A stretch of DNA of 62,173 bases, filler included, from Dirinaria sp. TL-2023a (taxonomy: Eukaryota): NCBI GenBank assembly GCA_051941275.1. It is 9 parts of 9 records of this genome, joined end to end, with 100 filler letters (N's around TTAATTAATTAA, not from the genome) between each part and the next. Parts side by side here need not be neighbours in the genome. Positions count along the whole stretch, not along the records: positions 48,466 to 55,270 come from JAVEBF010001415.1; positions 55,371 to 62,173 come from JAVEBF010001416.1; 7 more parts are not named here. One strand, 5' to 3'. Made by a program: the position numbers and the translations under genes. The notes under the pieces were generated by a model, which searched no databases, had not been told where the DNA came from, and was given only the letters and a program-made list of their open reading frames with translations. Below are positions 48,879 through 61,994 of this stretch, piece by piece; the first letter of the stretch is position 1, and the number at the start of each line of letters is the position of its first letter.

Positions 48879-51848
48879 GGTGCGATGAGATGAATACTAA
48901 TGTACCTTACCTTCCGAATGGTCTTGGCACTGTGTTATATAAGCTGGTAAGGTAGGTTATGTAGGGCCACAAGTTTACTCGGTAGCAGAGGTAGGAAGGG
49001 CAGTTGCAAGAAAGGAATTGCAGAATGCATCATGATGGAGAGCCTTCTTATAAGAATTGGCTGAAGGTATTACTGCTGACCGCACCCTACCCTGCACAGC
49101 GATCAAGACCAATGGCAATGGCTCTTGGAACCTGCACTCGTTAAAAGATGGGGGAATTGAGAGAAACTGGCGAACCTTTGGATGATGACAAGGCTCAGGC
49201 GTGATACCTGGGGATATAGATTCGATTTTGCACGCAACCGGGATTTGCAGGATGACGCCCCTAACTCTGACCCTTGCATATGCGGATTTCCATACTGTCG
49301 GGTAAATTTAAAGCTCCCACTGTTTGCCACATGCCTACTTGGGAGGGGGTTTTCATGGTAATTCGGTCCGCCATTACCTCTGAAAATGCGCCCTCCAGTC
49401 AAAATTCAAGACAACAAAGTGTCAGCTATTAAGGCAACTACCGCAAAGCAGGGGCGGTGTGGCGCTGGTAGTTCTCCATGGTGGAAGATATTAAGGTAAG
49501 TACCTGATTGGGCGTCGCAGTCAATAACCCTCTTGGTGAGAAGGTGATAGACAGGACGGCACGGTTTCATTGGATCTTGTGAGCTATCTGCCTTCGGCAT
49601 GATAGAGTATTCTCCGCAAGCGCCAAGCATTGCTTTCGGATCGCCTGCAAGCAAGAACGACAACTTCTACCGTAAGGTACAGCATTGTACTAGCGCCCAT
49701 TAGCAGTCGAACCTAAGGTATTATGGAATAAGGTAGAATACGCCTCCCCCCCCGTTTCACTTTCACCAGGGGTTCCTGGGCGTTTCGATCACGCCAGACA
49801 AGGCGCCTCGCCATTTCGCCACTGAGCAGCCAACAGTAATTCCGTGTTATTGAAACCTGACTTAATGATTAATGTTATCGTCACGCATACCGACCTTGAG
49901 ATTCCTCCTCCCAAAGTCCGGACAACGTTAGTTCCACCTGTCTCATGCTCCGCTTCGCCTCGTGCGTCGGCAGTCAAATCACTCACCCTGCCTGTACACC
50001 AATCGCATTCCGTAGGCGTTCTCTTTTCACCTTGCATTAGTAAACTCCAACTCGGCGACGACCGAGGTCGCGAAATAGATGTGGGATCCTGAGGCTCTAG
50101 ATACCCGATGGATCAGAAGGACGACCTAGCACCAATGCATGCACCAAGAGCCTGGGGAAACCGAGTGATGATGATCTACCTTAGATACAAACACAAGTAG
50201 TCAGATCTTACATACATTAGCGGAGAGCCGCCCACACGTGACCATCACCCCCCTGCTTACATGTACCTTAGTCCGCTGCTATCCCAACCCCTGGGCCTGC
50301 GGGGCCCACAACGTCACAAGGCAACTGATGAGCGCCATAATCGAACCCGATAGGCACAACCAAGGCTCTGCAAAGGAATGTTGCGCGTCAAAGCCGTCAA
50401 TGCAACCTTTTTCGGCTAGACAGTTGGAAAAAGCTCTGCTTGCACCGGATCGATCCCAGGACCCCCTTGGGTGGGATCCCACTTGGCTGGGACTCAATTG
50501 AGAAAGTCGTACCTTGTCGCATGACACCCACACTCACACGTCACCAACTTACGAAAGCGGCTGGCATGAGAATAGGCCCACGGTGTTGTTGACTGCACAT
50601 CACATCAGATTTAGTCTTTCTCTTAGGATTAACCTAACGTTCGAAGCGAAAAGTTTTGCTCTATCAAGCGGCTGTTCATTCAAGCCCAGTACAACGGGAG
50701 GTTTTACGATGGTCGATTTTTGCTTCTAACCCGATCAGAGGCTCTCGGGAATCGTACCTTATGATGATCAAGCTTTACATGGACCGGCACCTATAGGCGA
50801 TTTGGAGACTCTCGGGAGCCTTTGCAGCCATTAAGATCTGCCTCATGATCTCGGAAAGTTGTCAAGCCTTGCGGCGAATTGCTTCCTTGTACGGCCGGGT
50901 TGGGGCTGGTCATAGCTATGGTCCTAAGCCTAATGTTTTAGGTGATACATTCGATCCCATTGGTGTCCATGATTGAACGCTAGACCTTGAGCGTCCACGG
51001 GACTTTCAACGGCAGATGCATCGTCTATAGGTATGACTTACTTCTGTGGTTGGAACCTCTTTTATCCTGCAACTTGACCAGGACTCGATAAGGATAGCCG
51101 TGGATGGAAAGAGTTTATCTATCCAACTGGGGCCCCTCGAAATAGCGTAGCTGAGCTAGGGACTAAGGTACATTAGGCTTCACCCTGGTGCGTGCAGCTA
51201 AACCTGTTCCAACCCTACGCTAGACTAGCTATCATCTTCGCATAGTCAATGGGTTTGATGCTCGAAACCTTAAGAAAGTGTTTATCAGTCGATGCATCAA
51301 GGAATATAGCTAATTACTGTTTGTAAGACAGCAAATATCTTGCACATTGCACCAAAAGAGGACGCCTCTTTTGGTGAAATGATTATTGCTGTATTTGTTG
51401 GTTTTTTCTGTCCGACACTGTTCAACCAAGGGCGATGACTGTTCTGGCTTACAGTCGCAACAACTATCACATTTGCACTAGTGCTAACAGAAGTAGTTTT
51501 CATTGAGCAGACGTCGTTCTGTACTTGCATGTGTCGCATTTCCTATCCATCATCCTACTTCGAAGTACAGCCCAGAGATGGGATGACAAAGTCAAGGTTT
51601 TTCGACAAGCCGCAACTCCTAGCAAAAGACAAAACCAATTGTTGTCGCTTCGTCCCTTGACAGAGTAGGATCGGTGAATCGATCACCAAATCTCTACGTT
51701 GGCTCGACTCGATAATCAGAATTTACTGTGTTATAGATCCGGTATGTTATTTTCGTTCCTGAAGTGTGAAGCACATAATGAGAAGTTTCAAACACTCTTG
51801 TGTATTCTCTTTTCCGTCGCCTACGAGAGTACTACAATTATAGCCACT

Positions 51849-52228
51849 CTATGGTTGCAGCCTCTTGAGTACATCATTCAAGGAACTCCAATTGCGATCC
51901 CAATCTTCAAGGTATTCTGCCATTCCTCCTGCGCCCTTGGCGTATCCTCCACGATCGTTGCGCTTCCTCATACCCTCCTTGCATTCTTCATGAAACCATC
52001 TTTGTATTGAATGGGTTTCTATAGTACCCGAAGACTGTGCTCGGTGGCCCTTCGACTTTTGAGATTGCGTGCCCCCTTGAGGTATGGATCGGCAAGCTCC
52101 GGCATTCAAAGCGTCTCCAGCTGAGTTTGATCGTGGCTGAAGACGATTCTCTTGACATTCACCGACTAGCGTCTTACCTGATTGAGTAGAAACTTTGGAA
52201 GGCCTGATGGAAAGTTAGCGGATGCCAT
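51849..52228 (-). CDS. Small hypothetical protein, paralog B; 5' exon structure uncertain
   Basis: 21/41 ungapped identity with paralog A. Candidate exon 52228-52178 with a GTAAGA donor and an in-phase CAG at 52137 (41-nt intron, weak branch site). Confidence 0.55.
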
Positions 52229-53399
52229 CTCAGTACGTGATGCATAATCATCCGCCAGTGCGAGAAGGATAACACGAAACCTCGTGCAGCAAGGAATAAA
52301 ATTTACTTTACGAACGGCATAGTCATGCACCAAGGACGTGACGTGATTGGATCTTTCGTGTCCCAACGAAAAGAGAGGAAGGAGACTAAAGCTCAGAACG
52401 GTAGGTACGACATAGAGGGTAGTGGTTGTTATTGAAACGTACTTTGTCTTTTGGCTGACACAGACAGGGAGGTGATATGAGAAACTTAACTTGGGACCAG
52501 CCCTTTATCTACGCAAGAGAACAGCAAAACTCCCAAAAGTACGTATTTGGCCCAGAAACCAGCCGGTCTGATCTTGGAACTCGGGTAAGTTCAATGTCAG
52601 TAGCGAGACTTGCAGCGTAATGATTCCATTTCTTCTACCCAACGGCGGTTGGAGCAAATCAAATTTCATCTGTGATTCGCCCAAAAAGTCACTTGCGCCA
52701 AGGCAAACTAGGAACCTGTCACCGAGGTACGTTGGTTGCATTAAACTAACTAGCTGCGAACCACGTTAAGCGAGAATTTCACTGTGGATTACGAGCTGAT
52801 TCGTTGTAGGATCGTGGCCCTGAGCCTCAGCTTCTGTACCAATGATGCAGGAGACTGCATTGCGACTTTTAGCGTACTGTGGCAGCGTGCGATTGGACTA
52901 GCTGATTTGGAAATACACTCCGTTGCAGGCGAAGGAAAACGTGCAGCTGAGCATTGACCATACAAGGCTCGTAACCTGAATCACTGCTCAGTATTGATCT
53001 GTATGGCCGTTTCTCTCGCCTGTCCATTCGCCAATTTTTGCCGACCAGTGAGCACCCATGAGAACACCAATAATCATGGGCCACTTCGAGGAAGACCGTT
53101 GACAAATATCCTCAAGGGAAACCGCGGCATCTCTCGTAACAGCATTTTCTTTTATCCTGGCCAGCCTCATCCTTTGCGTTACTGTCCTGCGGCAAATCCT
53201 CTCGTACCGTATTGGGCGTTGAAAACTCTATGCAGCTGCGTAGAAGCTAGCATTACTAGGTCTGTACTCTCTACATGACCAGTCCTCATTGATGGCTACA
53301 ATTCTGTACTAATCGGAAAAAGTTCTCACCACGAATGGTAAAAGCCAAGACAACACGCCAAATGATCTTGGTAGCTTCACGTGCCTGAATACTTTTTCT

Positions 53400-55070
53400 T
53401 CTGCTTCTTCTTCTAAAATAAGGCTTCAAGCTACCGGCAATGATTCTGGATGCCTCACCTTCGACAGCTCCACTAGCTTCATAGAAGGATGTCGAAACGC
53501 AATCTCTATACTGGACTTGTAGTCACAAAATCAGCAACAAGAAAGTAGCTTAATCTTTCGTCAGAGATGAAATTCACTGTCAGAACAAAGCTCGCAATAT
53601 TCTCTCTTTGGCTAGATTTAGATAGATAACTTTGCGCTTCATGGCCGATAGATATAATTTCTCCAGACTATCGAATTACAGCTCCATGAGAAATTATATA
53701 GAGTTTTCGTCGAACAAATAGACTTGTCTTAGATCATCCAGATTGCTCTAAGTAGACAAATGAAGAGTGTATCAAGTTATATTCTTCCACTCTTTCACCG
53801 GATCTTTTCACTTCCACTGCAGCTTCATCACCCATATTCGTCAACAGAACCATGATAGCTAGATTCCTGATGCCACCCTCAATATCTCTTCATCCACCCT
53901 GTACCTTCCTTTCGAAGACTCCTAGCGTGAGCTCAAGAAACGATCCCACTATCGCACCGAAGCGCCGCTCTCTTCAAATTTGAGCTTAGCACAAGGGATA
54001 TTCCTTCCTCAAGCTTTCTCTTCTGACTAATATACGATATCGAGCGAAGGAAGGAGAACTGAGATACAAATATCCTTCGAGCGCCTTTAAAAGAGACGTG
54101 CGCTTCGATCAGTTGCTGAGCCAAGCTTGGAATTACCATGTTCTAAGCCATTCTCTTGGAGCTTCGGGTATAGTATATTGCCGTACAATCTATCCTTTTT
54201 CGCTCGGGGGTTTTAAGAGTTGTCGTGTTTGCTGTACTTGAAGCCATCACATGCTCAGACTGGTCTCTTCTGACTCCTTTTGCAGGCGATCACGGTTCTG
54301 GAAAATGATTCACACCCTGTATGTGTACAGAGTCGTTCCGGTCTCTAATGACTTTCATGTTCATAATGCGCAAATATAGGTTATTGCATCGATGTTAAGG
54401 TTTCCTCGTTTGGGTTTGAGTTTATAGTGAGCTCTCCATGTGTCACTGCTAAGCTTATCGGTCTTCTGTCGCATGTCTTTTCTTTCCCTTTCCATTGTGC
54501 AGACTTCCAGGATCTTTGGTGCACTCTTTTAAAGTTAGTCGAAAGATAGAGATGAATACTTTGATAAGGTAGTTTTAGAATTGATTCCGATCCGGAAATA
54601 AAGTCTTATACTTACAGGTAGAACTATTCAAAAATCTTCATCTGCACAAAATCCGCTGGTGACTATGAGATGCCGACCTATCTTAGTCTCGATAATGAAG
54701 AAAAACCATCTAGCAGTCAACCTAAAACTAAAATCGTTACTCGACGAAGATGTTGATATATCCGTGCTGAGAGAAAAATTGATGAATGATTTTGACATGA
54801 GATATGATGAAGCACATTGTCTAAGAAGAGAGATTTGGGTACTTTATAGAGTTAATTGATCTTTCTCACTGAGGTATCTTGTTTCTATAATTGTGCGATT
54901 GCAAGGAAAATCCGTTATTGGTCAACTTTCTGCTTTGCAGTAAAACAGGGTCAAAGATTGGGTGCAGAAAGTGGGAAGAGGAGAGGGAGCCATGAATATC
55001 TAAAATGCTAGATGAGCTGATGACATATGCAGAAGGAACGTCATTCAAAAAAAATTTAGTGATCAAGGGA
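53400..55070. pseudogene. AT-enriched decayed coding or repeat sequence (RIP-like); boundaries approximate
   Basis: Minus-strand frame LFDENSI*FLMEL*FDSLEKLYLSAMKRKVIYLNLAKERILRALF*Q* with stops at plausible Gln/Arg positions. Confidence 0.3.
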
Positions 55071-55270
55071 TGAAAGGTAAGGTAGTTTCCTAGGACACTA
55101 ATCCCTGGATCCTATGAACACTTTACCTTAGTAAATACTTCCCCCTCGATCATCAATTCCCGCACTCAGAAGGGATGTCCTCAGCTCCACGAGATCTTTC
55201 ACATCAAAGCGAACCCCAACCCTCCCAAAATCATCTGCATCTATAATCTCGCACAAACATCCTCATCCCC

Positions 55271-55370
55271 NNNNNNNNNNNNNNNNNNNNNNNNNNNNNN
55301 NNNNNNNNNNNNNNTTAATTAATTAANNNNNNNNNNNNNNNNNNNNNNNNNNNNNNNNNNNNNNNNNNNN
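55271..55370. other. Artificial contig linker
   Basis: N44-TTAATTAATTAA-N44. Confidence 0.99.
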
Positions 55371-55838
55371 GGAGGAGGTCGTGAATCAAGATTGAATTGA
55401 AAGTAAATAACATAATGCACATTTTGGAGAAGAAGAGGGGTGGGTGGGGTTAATTGCGCCAATTAAGGCAGATAGAATAAAGTCCGTACATCTCTCTTGA
55501 AAACCCCCCCCCTACCTACCTTACTCGAAGTGACGGAAAAGAAAACATTTATTCTTCCTGCGATTTATGAATTTTCGCACAGCGTTTCATTGGAAATTTT
55601 TTTTAATTTCGAGGGTATCTATCTTATTTGCGTGTGCGACCATAACCACCGAACGATTTTACAAGAACGCCACTATTCCCAGTCGACGACAGTCGATTTC
55701 CTGCTCGCTGAATTGCTGGGAATTTGCAAGTGTGGAACGTATGTATGAGCGTTCCCCCCAATCATGTGTATAGGACACTGGCTGGGTAGACCCGCGGAAA
55801 GGGAGGATGGGGGGCGCCGCTTCTCAAGGGTTTTTCTT

Positions 55839-57976
55839 TTATCTCAAATTCAAAAGGGCCTTTGTGTTGTCATAGACTACGTACGTGATACTGACGGCGG
55901 GGACCACTTTCAGCAGGTTCGGCGTGATGCCCTTGAACAGGCCTCGGACGCCCTCGCCTTTCACCGTCTTGACCGCCACATCCACGATCCCCGTGTAGGT
56001 CTGTGGGTGGATCGCCGTTCCCTGGCTCTGTAATCGCGTCCTGAGCAGATTGATGGGGTAGACGGCGCTGGCGCCGAAAGCACCGCTGCAGGCGCCGATG
56101 GTCGCGGTGGCGAAATTGGACGGAGCGGCGGCGGCGTCGGATTCGGAGCAGTGGTTGCGGCGAGCGTTGCGGGCCACGAGCGCTTTTTTGCAGTATTCGA
56201 AGGTGGTCAGGTCGATGGCCGAGTAGGGGAACATGCCTACCAGGCCCATGGGCAGGCCGCGGTAGAAGGAGCGGATGCCAGTTTTCTGCCACATCTTGAC
56301 TATCGTGGCTACTATGAGGCGATTACCGTGAGGGCCGCCTTCGACCGTCTCGCATTGCATCCGACTGCGGAAGGCTGTCAGTAAGTGTGGAGAATGTTGA
56401 AAAAACACTAGGTCATAGCCTTACAATTTCAGCGTGTCAAGTGGGTATACGGCAAACCTAGCTACGAATCAGCCAGCCTTCTGGCATGAGTCGGCTACAG
56501 AAGGACTCACTGAGATATTATACCGCCCAAACCAGCTGCAAAGAATTGCGACCATGGATTAAGGTCCTTGGGATCGTCATGGCCTTCGAGTCTTGCAAAT
56601 ACACGTTTTGACCCCTGGTCATGGAATGAGCTGGGGGATATTCAACAAGACGATCACCAAGTCACCTCATATGAGCCGAATTTGATCGCAGACTCCGGCA
56701 TTACTTTGAGAACATTGAGTCCATTACCTGCGAGTTCTTCAGCAAATGCTTTGGCCTGCTTCAGCGAATATTGAGCCTACCGGCAAACATGCTCCGTATT
56801 CCACCCATGCGCCATAGCTGCTTCGTCGCATCAACGAGCGGCCGAGTTGCCCTCTTGACGGCCTGCAGAGGAGCACCTGACTTTGCTGCATCGACAGCTT
56901 CGTTCTTGACGCCGACTTGAGCGATGAGGTAAACTTTCAGACGGTCGAGAGGAGCTGTTGCGGTTCGAGAGACGACGCCCGCGACACCGCCAGCGAGGAA
57001 GTAGCCTGGTTCAGGCAACAGAACAGTCAGTAATCTGACACCACTCTTTTCGGTAAGCTCTTCCAGAACTGTCTGCGGTTGAGCATCCTCCGCCACAGGA
57101 GCCGCTTCAGGTCCCGGATCCCAGGGGAATGAGCTTGATTTTGGCTTGCTCGTCTTAGATTGCTGCTGTATATAGTAGGCGTCGTAAACGATGGGCCCTC
57201 GCGGCCCATGCGTACATGCAATGGAGGGTGGGAAGAGAAGGCGTAGAGCTCCGAAGAATAGGTTAGGAAATCGGCGAGTACCTAAGCCCTCAATAGTCTC
57301 ATCTGATATATGCACGTCACCCTCCGCGTTGACTGTAACCGTGGAGGAATAGTAGGACAGGATTGCTCGGAGGTTTGGAGCATTGGCAGGTATGAATAGA
57401 AGGAAATTCCTAAATTATGTAAGACTTAGCGGCTGTTCGACTGCCCTTGCTCCTCGCTTTACCTCCATTCCTCAAAGCTAATTACGCCGTCATGGTTGGT
57501 ATCGACTTCCGAGAAGAACTGATCGAGCTTTGCACCTGGTATGACGAGGCCGGCTGCAGTGAATGCTGAACTTAGCTCGCCCTTGTCCAATTGGCCATTG
57601 TGATCGCGATCAATGCTCTTGAAGAGGTTCCAGAGTTCCTTTTCAGTGTGCTCGACGAAAGTTCGAAACTCTGCGTTGGGTTATTAGCCTAGCCTTTAAC
57701 CGGAACAGGACATAGGAGTACCCGAGTACTGGATGATACCGTCACCGTCCTTGTCGACAGCCTTTAACACGTCTTGTAGCAAGGAATCGGCGTTCTTGAG
57801 AGCTGTGGATGGTTGAGCATCTGGCGAAGATTTGGGTATACCTTCTTACGATGATCGATCTTCTGCAGGCCTCTTTTCAAGCCATTGACATCCAGAGAAC
57901 CTTCTTTCTGAGTATCGAGTTCTTGCCATAGCTTTTCTACCCGGGCATCTTGGGCTTTGGGGGTGTCAACGTCCAT
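55839..57976 (-). CDS. SAL1: Ca2+-binding mitochondrial ATP-Mg/Pi carrier (SCaMC/Sal1), 8-9 exons
   Basis: EF-hands (DKDGDGII, DRDHNGQL, DTNHDGVI) plus three carrier repeats (TAPLDRLKV, VYPLDTLKF, VYPINLLRTRLQ, NLLKVVPAVSI); in-phase introns throughout. Confidence 0.93.
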
Positions 57977-58578
57977 TACAACAAGCCGGCGCGTCTCCTA
58001 TGCTTGGCCGTATCATAGCAGAGAATGCAGCCTGATCTTCCTACCGCCCGGCTGAATTGTAAGCCATACTGTGAGAAAGCTGGAGCGCTGGTGCAAGGCT
58101 GGAATGAAGCTATGAGTCTGGCTGACTGGACTCCCGATACTGCTTTACTATTGAGCTCTGAGGCTCTGTGGATAGTCTTCCCGGTGGTGGGGGAGAGGGG
58201 CCCCTCAAGCCTCTCAAGGCGGTTAGATAGCGGCATATCCGTCCATATCATCCGAGGTTTATCCGGCGCCAGACTTCTTAAGACATTCGAGGCGATCTGA
58301 TGTGCTGTCTAACCCTTCAAAGCTCTATCTGCACAAGCTCAGTGAGACCCTTTCTATGACAGTCATGTCTTCTGCAGTCAGCCCTCTCATGATACTATAC
58401 AATGATTCTGTCGTAAATTGAAATGCTGAGGTATATATATGAAGCTGCTGCTGTGTCCTGTTGTTGATTTTCATGATGTTGTTGCGGCCTTCCTAGTTGG
58501 CCTTGTGCCATGGGATACTTTCTGTTTCATTTGTGGGTTCCACTCTTCTCCGTCTAAGACGCTTGTTTCGGCGTAGAG

Positions 58579-59593
58579 ATGGCAGCCAACTACTGGACTT
58601 CGACGCAGAGGCGTTGCTGGTTATTCTCCAGGGAGACTCTTTCTGACATTAGAGAGCGACTCGAGAGCGGCGAGCAAAACTTCATCCACCAGTATCCGCT
58701 ACCTGACCTGCGGCTTCTGAGCCTGTACTTCAATCAGCGTGAGCATGCTCTCTTGTTGGATAGCGCCGATTGCTCACAGAAGCCACGTTAGAGATAACAA
58801 AGCTTGGAAAGCGGTTGCCAATCAGACAGCAAGCACTGGCGACTGCTCAAGTATATCTTCGGAGATTTTATGTCAAGGTCTCCGTCAGGCACACCAATCC
58901 ATACATGATGATGGCAACCGCTCTTTACCTTGCCTGCAAAATGGAAGAATGCCCGCAACATATCCGGATTGTGCTTGGAGAAGCTCGCGTGATCTGGTCT
59001 GGTCAGTTGGAAATTTACATACCTGCTGTGTACTCTGAACTGACACTGCCGAAGAATTCATGTTTCCGGACGTGTCGAAGCTCGGCGAATTTGAATTCTA
59101 TTTGATCTCAGAGCTGAATTCACAGCTGATCGTTCATCATCCGTATCGGACTCTTGATGAGCTTAAAGCTATCCTTAACATGGATCAGGATGACGTATCA
59201 CTGGCATGGTCAATCATCAACGATCATTACCTCACGGATCTGCCATTGCTGTATCCTCCACATGTCATCGCTGTAACAGCTATATTTCTAGCCATAACAT
59301 TGAAGCCGACGCAAGCTGGTCTTCAGGCTGCAGCAAACACTGCCGCTGTGTTAGCGAACACGCCCCAGCTACTCAAGGACACAGCGGGCGCCGGTACTGC
59401 AGATCCAAGTATAGCGCCAAACAAAATCCAGAATCTGGTAAGCTGGCTTGCTGAGGGAGAGATTGACATTAAAGCGGTCATAGAGTGCACGCAAGAAATG
59501 ATTTCATTGTATGAGGTGTGGGAGCAGTTTAACGAGAAAGTCTGCAAAGAGCAGATCGCGAGATACATTAAGGCCAGAGGTTTGGACAAGTAA
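58579..59593 (+). CDS. SSN8: Cyclin C, Mediator CDK8 module; introns 58739-58791 and 59002-59054
   Basis: [72 protein letters not shown]. Confidence 0.96.
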
Positions 59594-59926
59594 TGCGATA
59601 GCCGGCCAGCGTGTAACAGATTACCTATGTCCTCTATCACCAGCTGCTTGATTTCACAAAGGCAAGGCTTTGACGCTTTCGAGGTTTGTTGCTAGAATTG
59701 CGGCCCAGCAGCAAGATGCCTTGGCTAAACTTCGCCAATGAAGCTTTTGGTATATCATTCTTCAGACTTGCGTTATGACTAGCACCGTACGCCGCGGCCT
59801 AGACGTAACAGTTGTTGAGCTTCCCAGCTTCTCCCTACTCCTTCACGTCCACCGGTGGAACGGACAAGGCATGGCGGGAAGGCGAGCGATAGCTGTATTC
59901 CGTTTCACCGTCTTCGTCCAGCAGGC

Positions 59927-61637
59927 TCAGAGGCTCGTCTTCTGGCCGCTGCCGGTACCATCATTATGGGTGCCATCGTGAGAGTCGTCATGTAGGAGAT
60001 TCGACCCCTTCTTTTTCGTTCCCCTGGTCTTCGGTTTTCCAACAGCTTTGGAAGGAAGCTTGCGTGTACAGCCTGCCGCTGCCTCCGCTCGAGGTTTCGT
60101 CATCTCCTCAGGCTTGAGGGTGGAACTATGAGCCAGGCCTAGCGCACTTTCAGTCACACGACAATTTGCTGATGCACTGTCAGCTCGTCCTCAGTGGGTT
60201 TCCATTACAAATACTCACCTTGAGCTCTTTCGATGCATTTTGCGACCGCTTGCGCCTCCTCAACAGTTTTGGGGGATAAGGCATGTGGTCCCATCGAGCC
60301 TCCAGATCCGGGGTAAATGATAGGCTCTTGACGCGTAAGACCAAATGCCAGTTGAGCAAACTCAGCATGAAGGAAGGTTGGAGTTGAATTTCGGCTGCCC
60401 TTCTGGTGATGGGTGGTGCTGGAATTTGCTGGACTAGAGTCTGCTGGGCTGGAGCTGTAGCAGACCTGAACCGAGTCTGATTTCTTCGCAAGGTTCGGCT
60501 GCTCAGCAGATGCAGATGTGATGCTGGAACCTGACAAGTGCTCTGCTGACTGCCAGCAAGAACCGTAGTGATCGATACGGCCGGTAGAGCCACAGTCCGG
60601 TAGGGTTGTCTTCTCCATCCATCTTAGGATTTCAGTATTTCTCATGGTGTACGAAGCGTCTGGTGTCAGTCTTCTATTTCACTGCTGCGGACGTCAAATT
60701 CCAGTCTTGGCGCAAAAGACGAGCGCTCTGATGCAAGAATGGTCTGCCGAGCCTTAGAAGGGTTGGGAGCGTTCGTGGATGATCTACGAAGGTTGCTGGT
60801 GGCTCGGGGACTGGATACAGGATTTCCTCTGAGAACTGTAACGATAGTTGCGTTCGAGACGGGCATAGGAAAGGTCGGATGCAAAGGCGCTAGAAGATTT
60901 TCAGCAAAACCTCGCTTACTTTCCTGCCAAAGTCAAGACGTCGGTTCGTTGATTTGCGTAAGGAGTCGTGTGTGACTGCTAAAGGTGGAAACACGGGCGG
61001 GGAACGAACGACTACCCCTGCTTAGAGCATGCTGGAGTGTCGACACTGAACTGTCATGGAGACTCATTGGAAATTGCATACCGCACGGTGCTTGAGCGGC
61101 AGATTGCAAGGAAAGATCAACTCGATGGCTAGCTTCTGGAGCAGCTAAGAAGCGCACTCGTTCCAATCAATCATCCCTGCTAACAAAGGTAGTAGAGGGT
61201 ATTTCTCGGCCACATGTCGAAAAATCCAATTCCTGGAAAATTTCATGCAGCAGCAAGCGCCGAACCTTCAATGCCGGGACCTCGTGGCCCTCACAGGTAC
61301 CGGAACATTAGCAACACTCGAGCTGGATCAGATGCAGTCACCCGCTGGGCCCAACCCATTCATCGAGGGCGCTGAGGGTAATTGCTGCAGCCTTGCAAAT
61401 TCCGACAGTGCGGTTCATTTGCCGACGAATCACACGCAACCTGCAGCCGTTACAGGAACGGTGTAACATGGCAAGGCGAGGTGGTGATCCTGCAAGCTAC
61501 AAAACTTACATACGAGGGCGAAAGGGCCAAGGGCGAAGGGCGAGCATATTATACATCTCGGCTTTTGTATTCGGCCACTTCGCATAGCCCAGTGCGCTGC
61601 TGCACCGATTGTCTGGAAGGGAGCCTCTTCTAGACAT
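59927..61637 (-). pseudogene. Hypothetical multi-exon gene with unresolved or disrupted frame
   Basis: 3' part splices cleanly (frame of ORF 60205-60645, intron about 60218-60171, into ORF 59927-60157). Upstream protein-like frame (VRRLLLHEIFQELDF) is broken by in-frame TGAs at about 61168 and 60934. Confidence 0.35.
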
Positions 61638-61994
61638 GATAGGCCGATGCGAGCGAAGCCAGCTAAACCGGCTTAGCCTCGTCGCCTTCTTTTTTTTTTT
61701 TTTTTTTCCCTTTTTCTTTGAACTTGGCAGAACAGCTGAGGGCTGCCTGGAGAGCGGTGACTCCGGCTGCTTCTGATCATTCCCCCACCCCCGTCCCAGT
61801 ACCATAGCGTGCGGTTATGAAATCAGCCTGCATCATTTGGTTCATATGACCAGCTCCTTTCCCCTTTCAGCGCCGTTGGCCATTTCTACCCCTAGGTATA
61901 ATGTGAAACTCTCCTGCATGATCGAGAAAACTCGCATTGTCAAGATAGCGCAACATTGGATTTTTAGAGGCCTTTTCTAGAGGCAATGCGTTCG

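Noticed and set aside
6835..55370. Regularly spaced TTAATTAATTAA repeats as a CRISPR-like or biological array
   Set aside because: Embedded in N runs; standard six-frame-stop assembly linker
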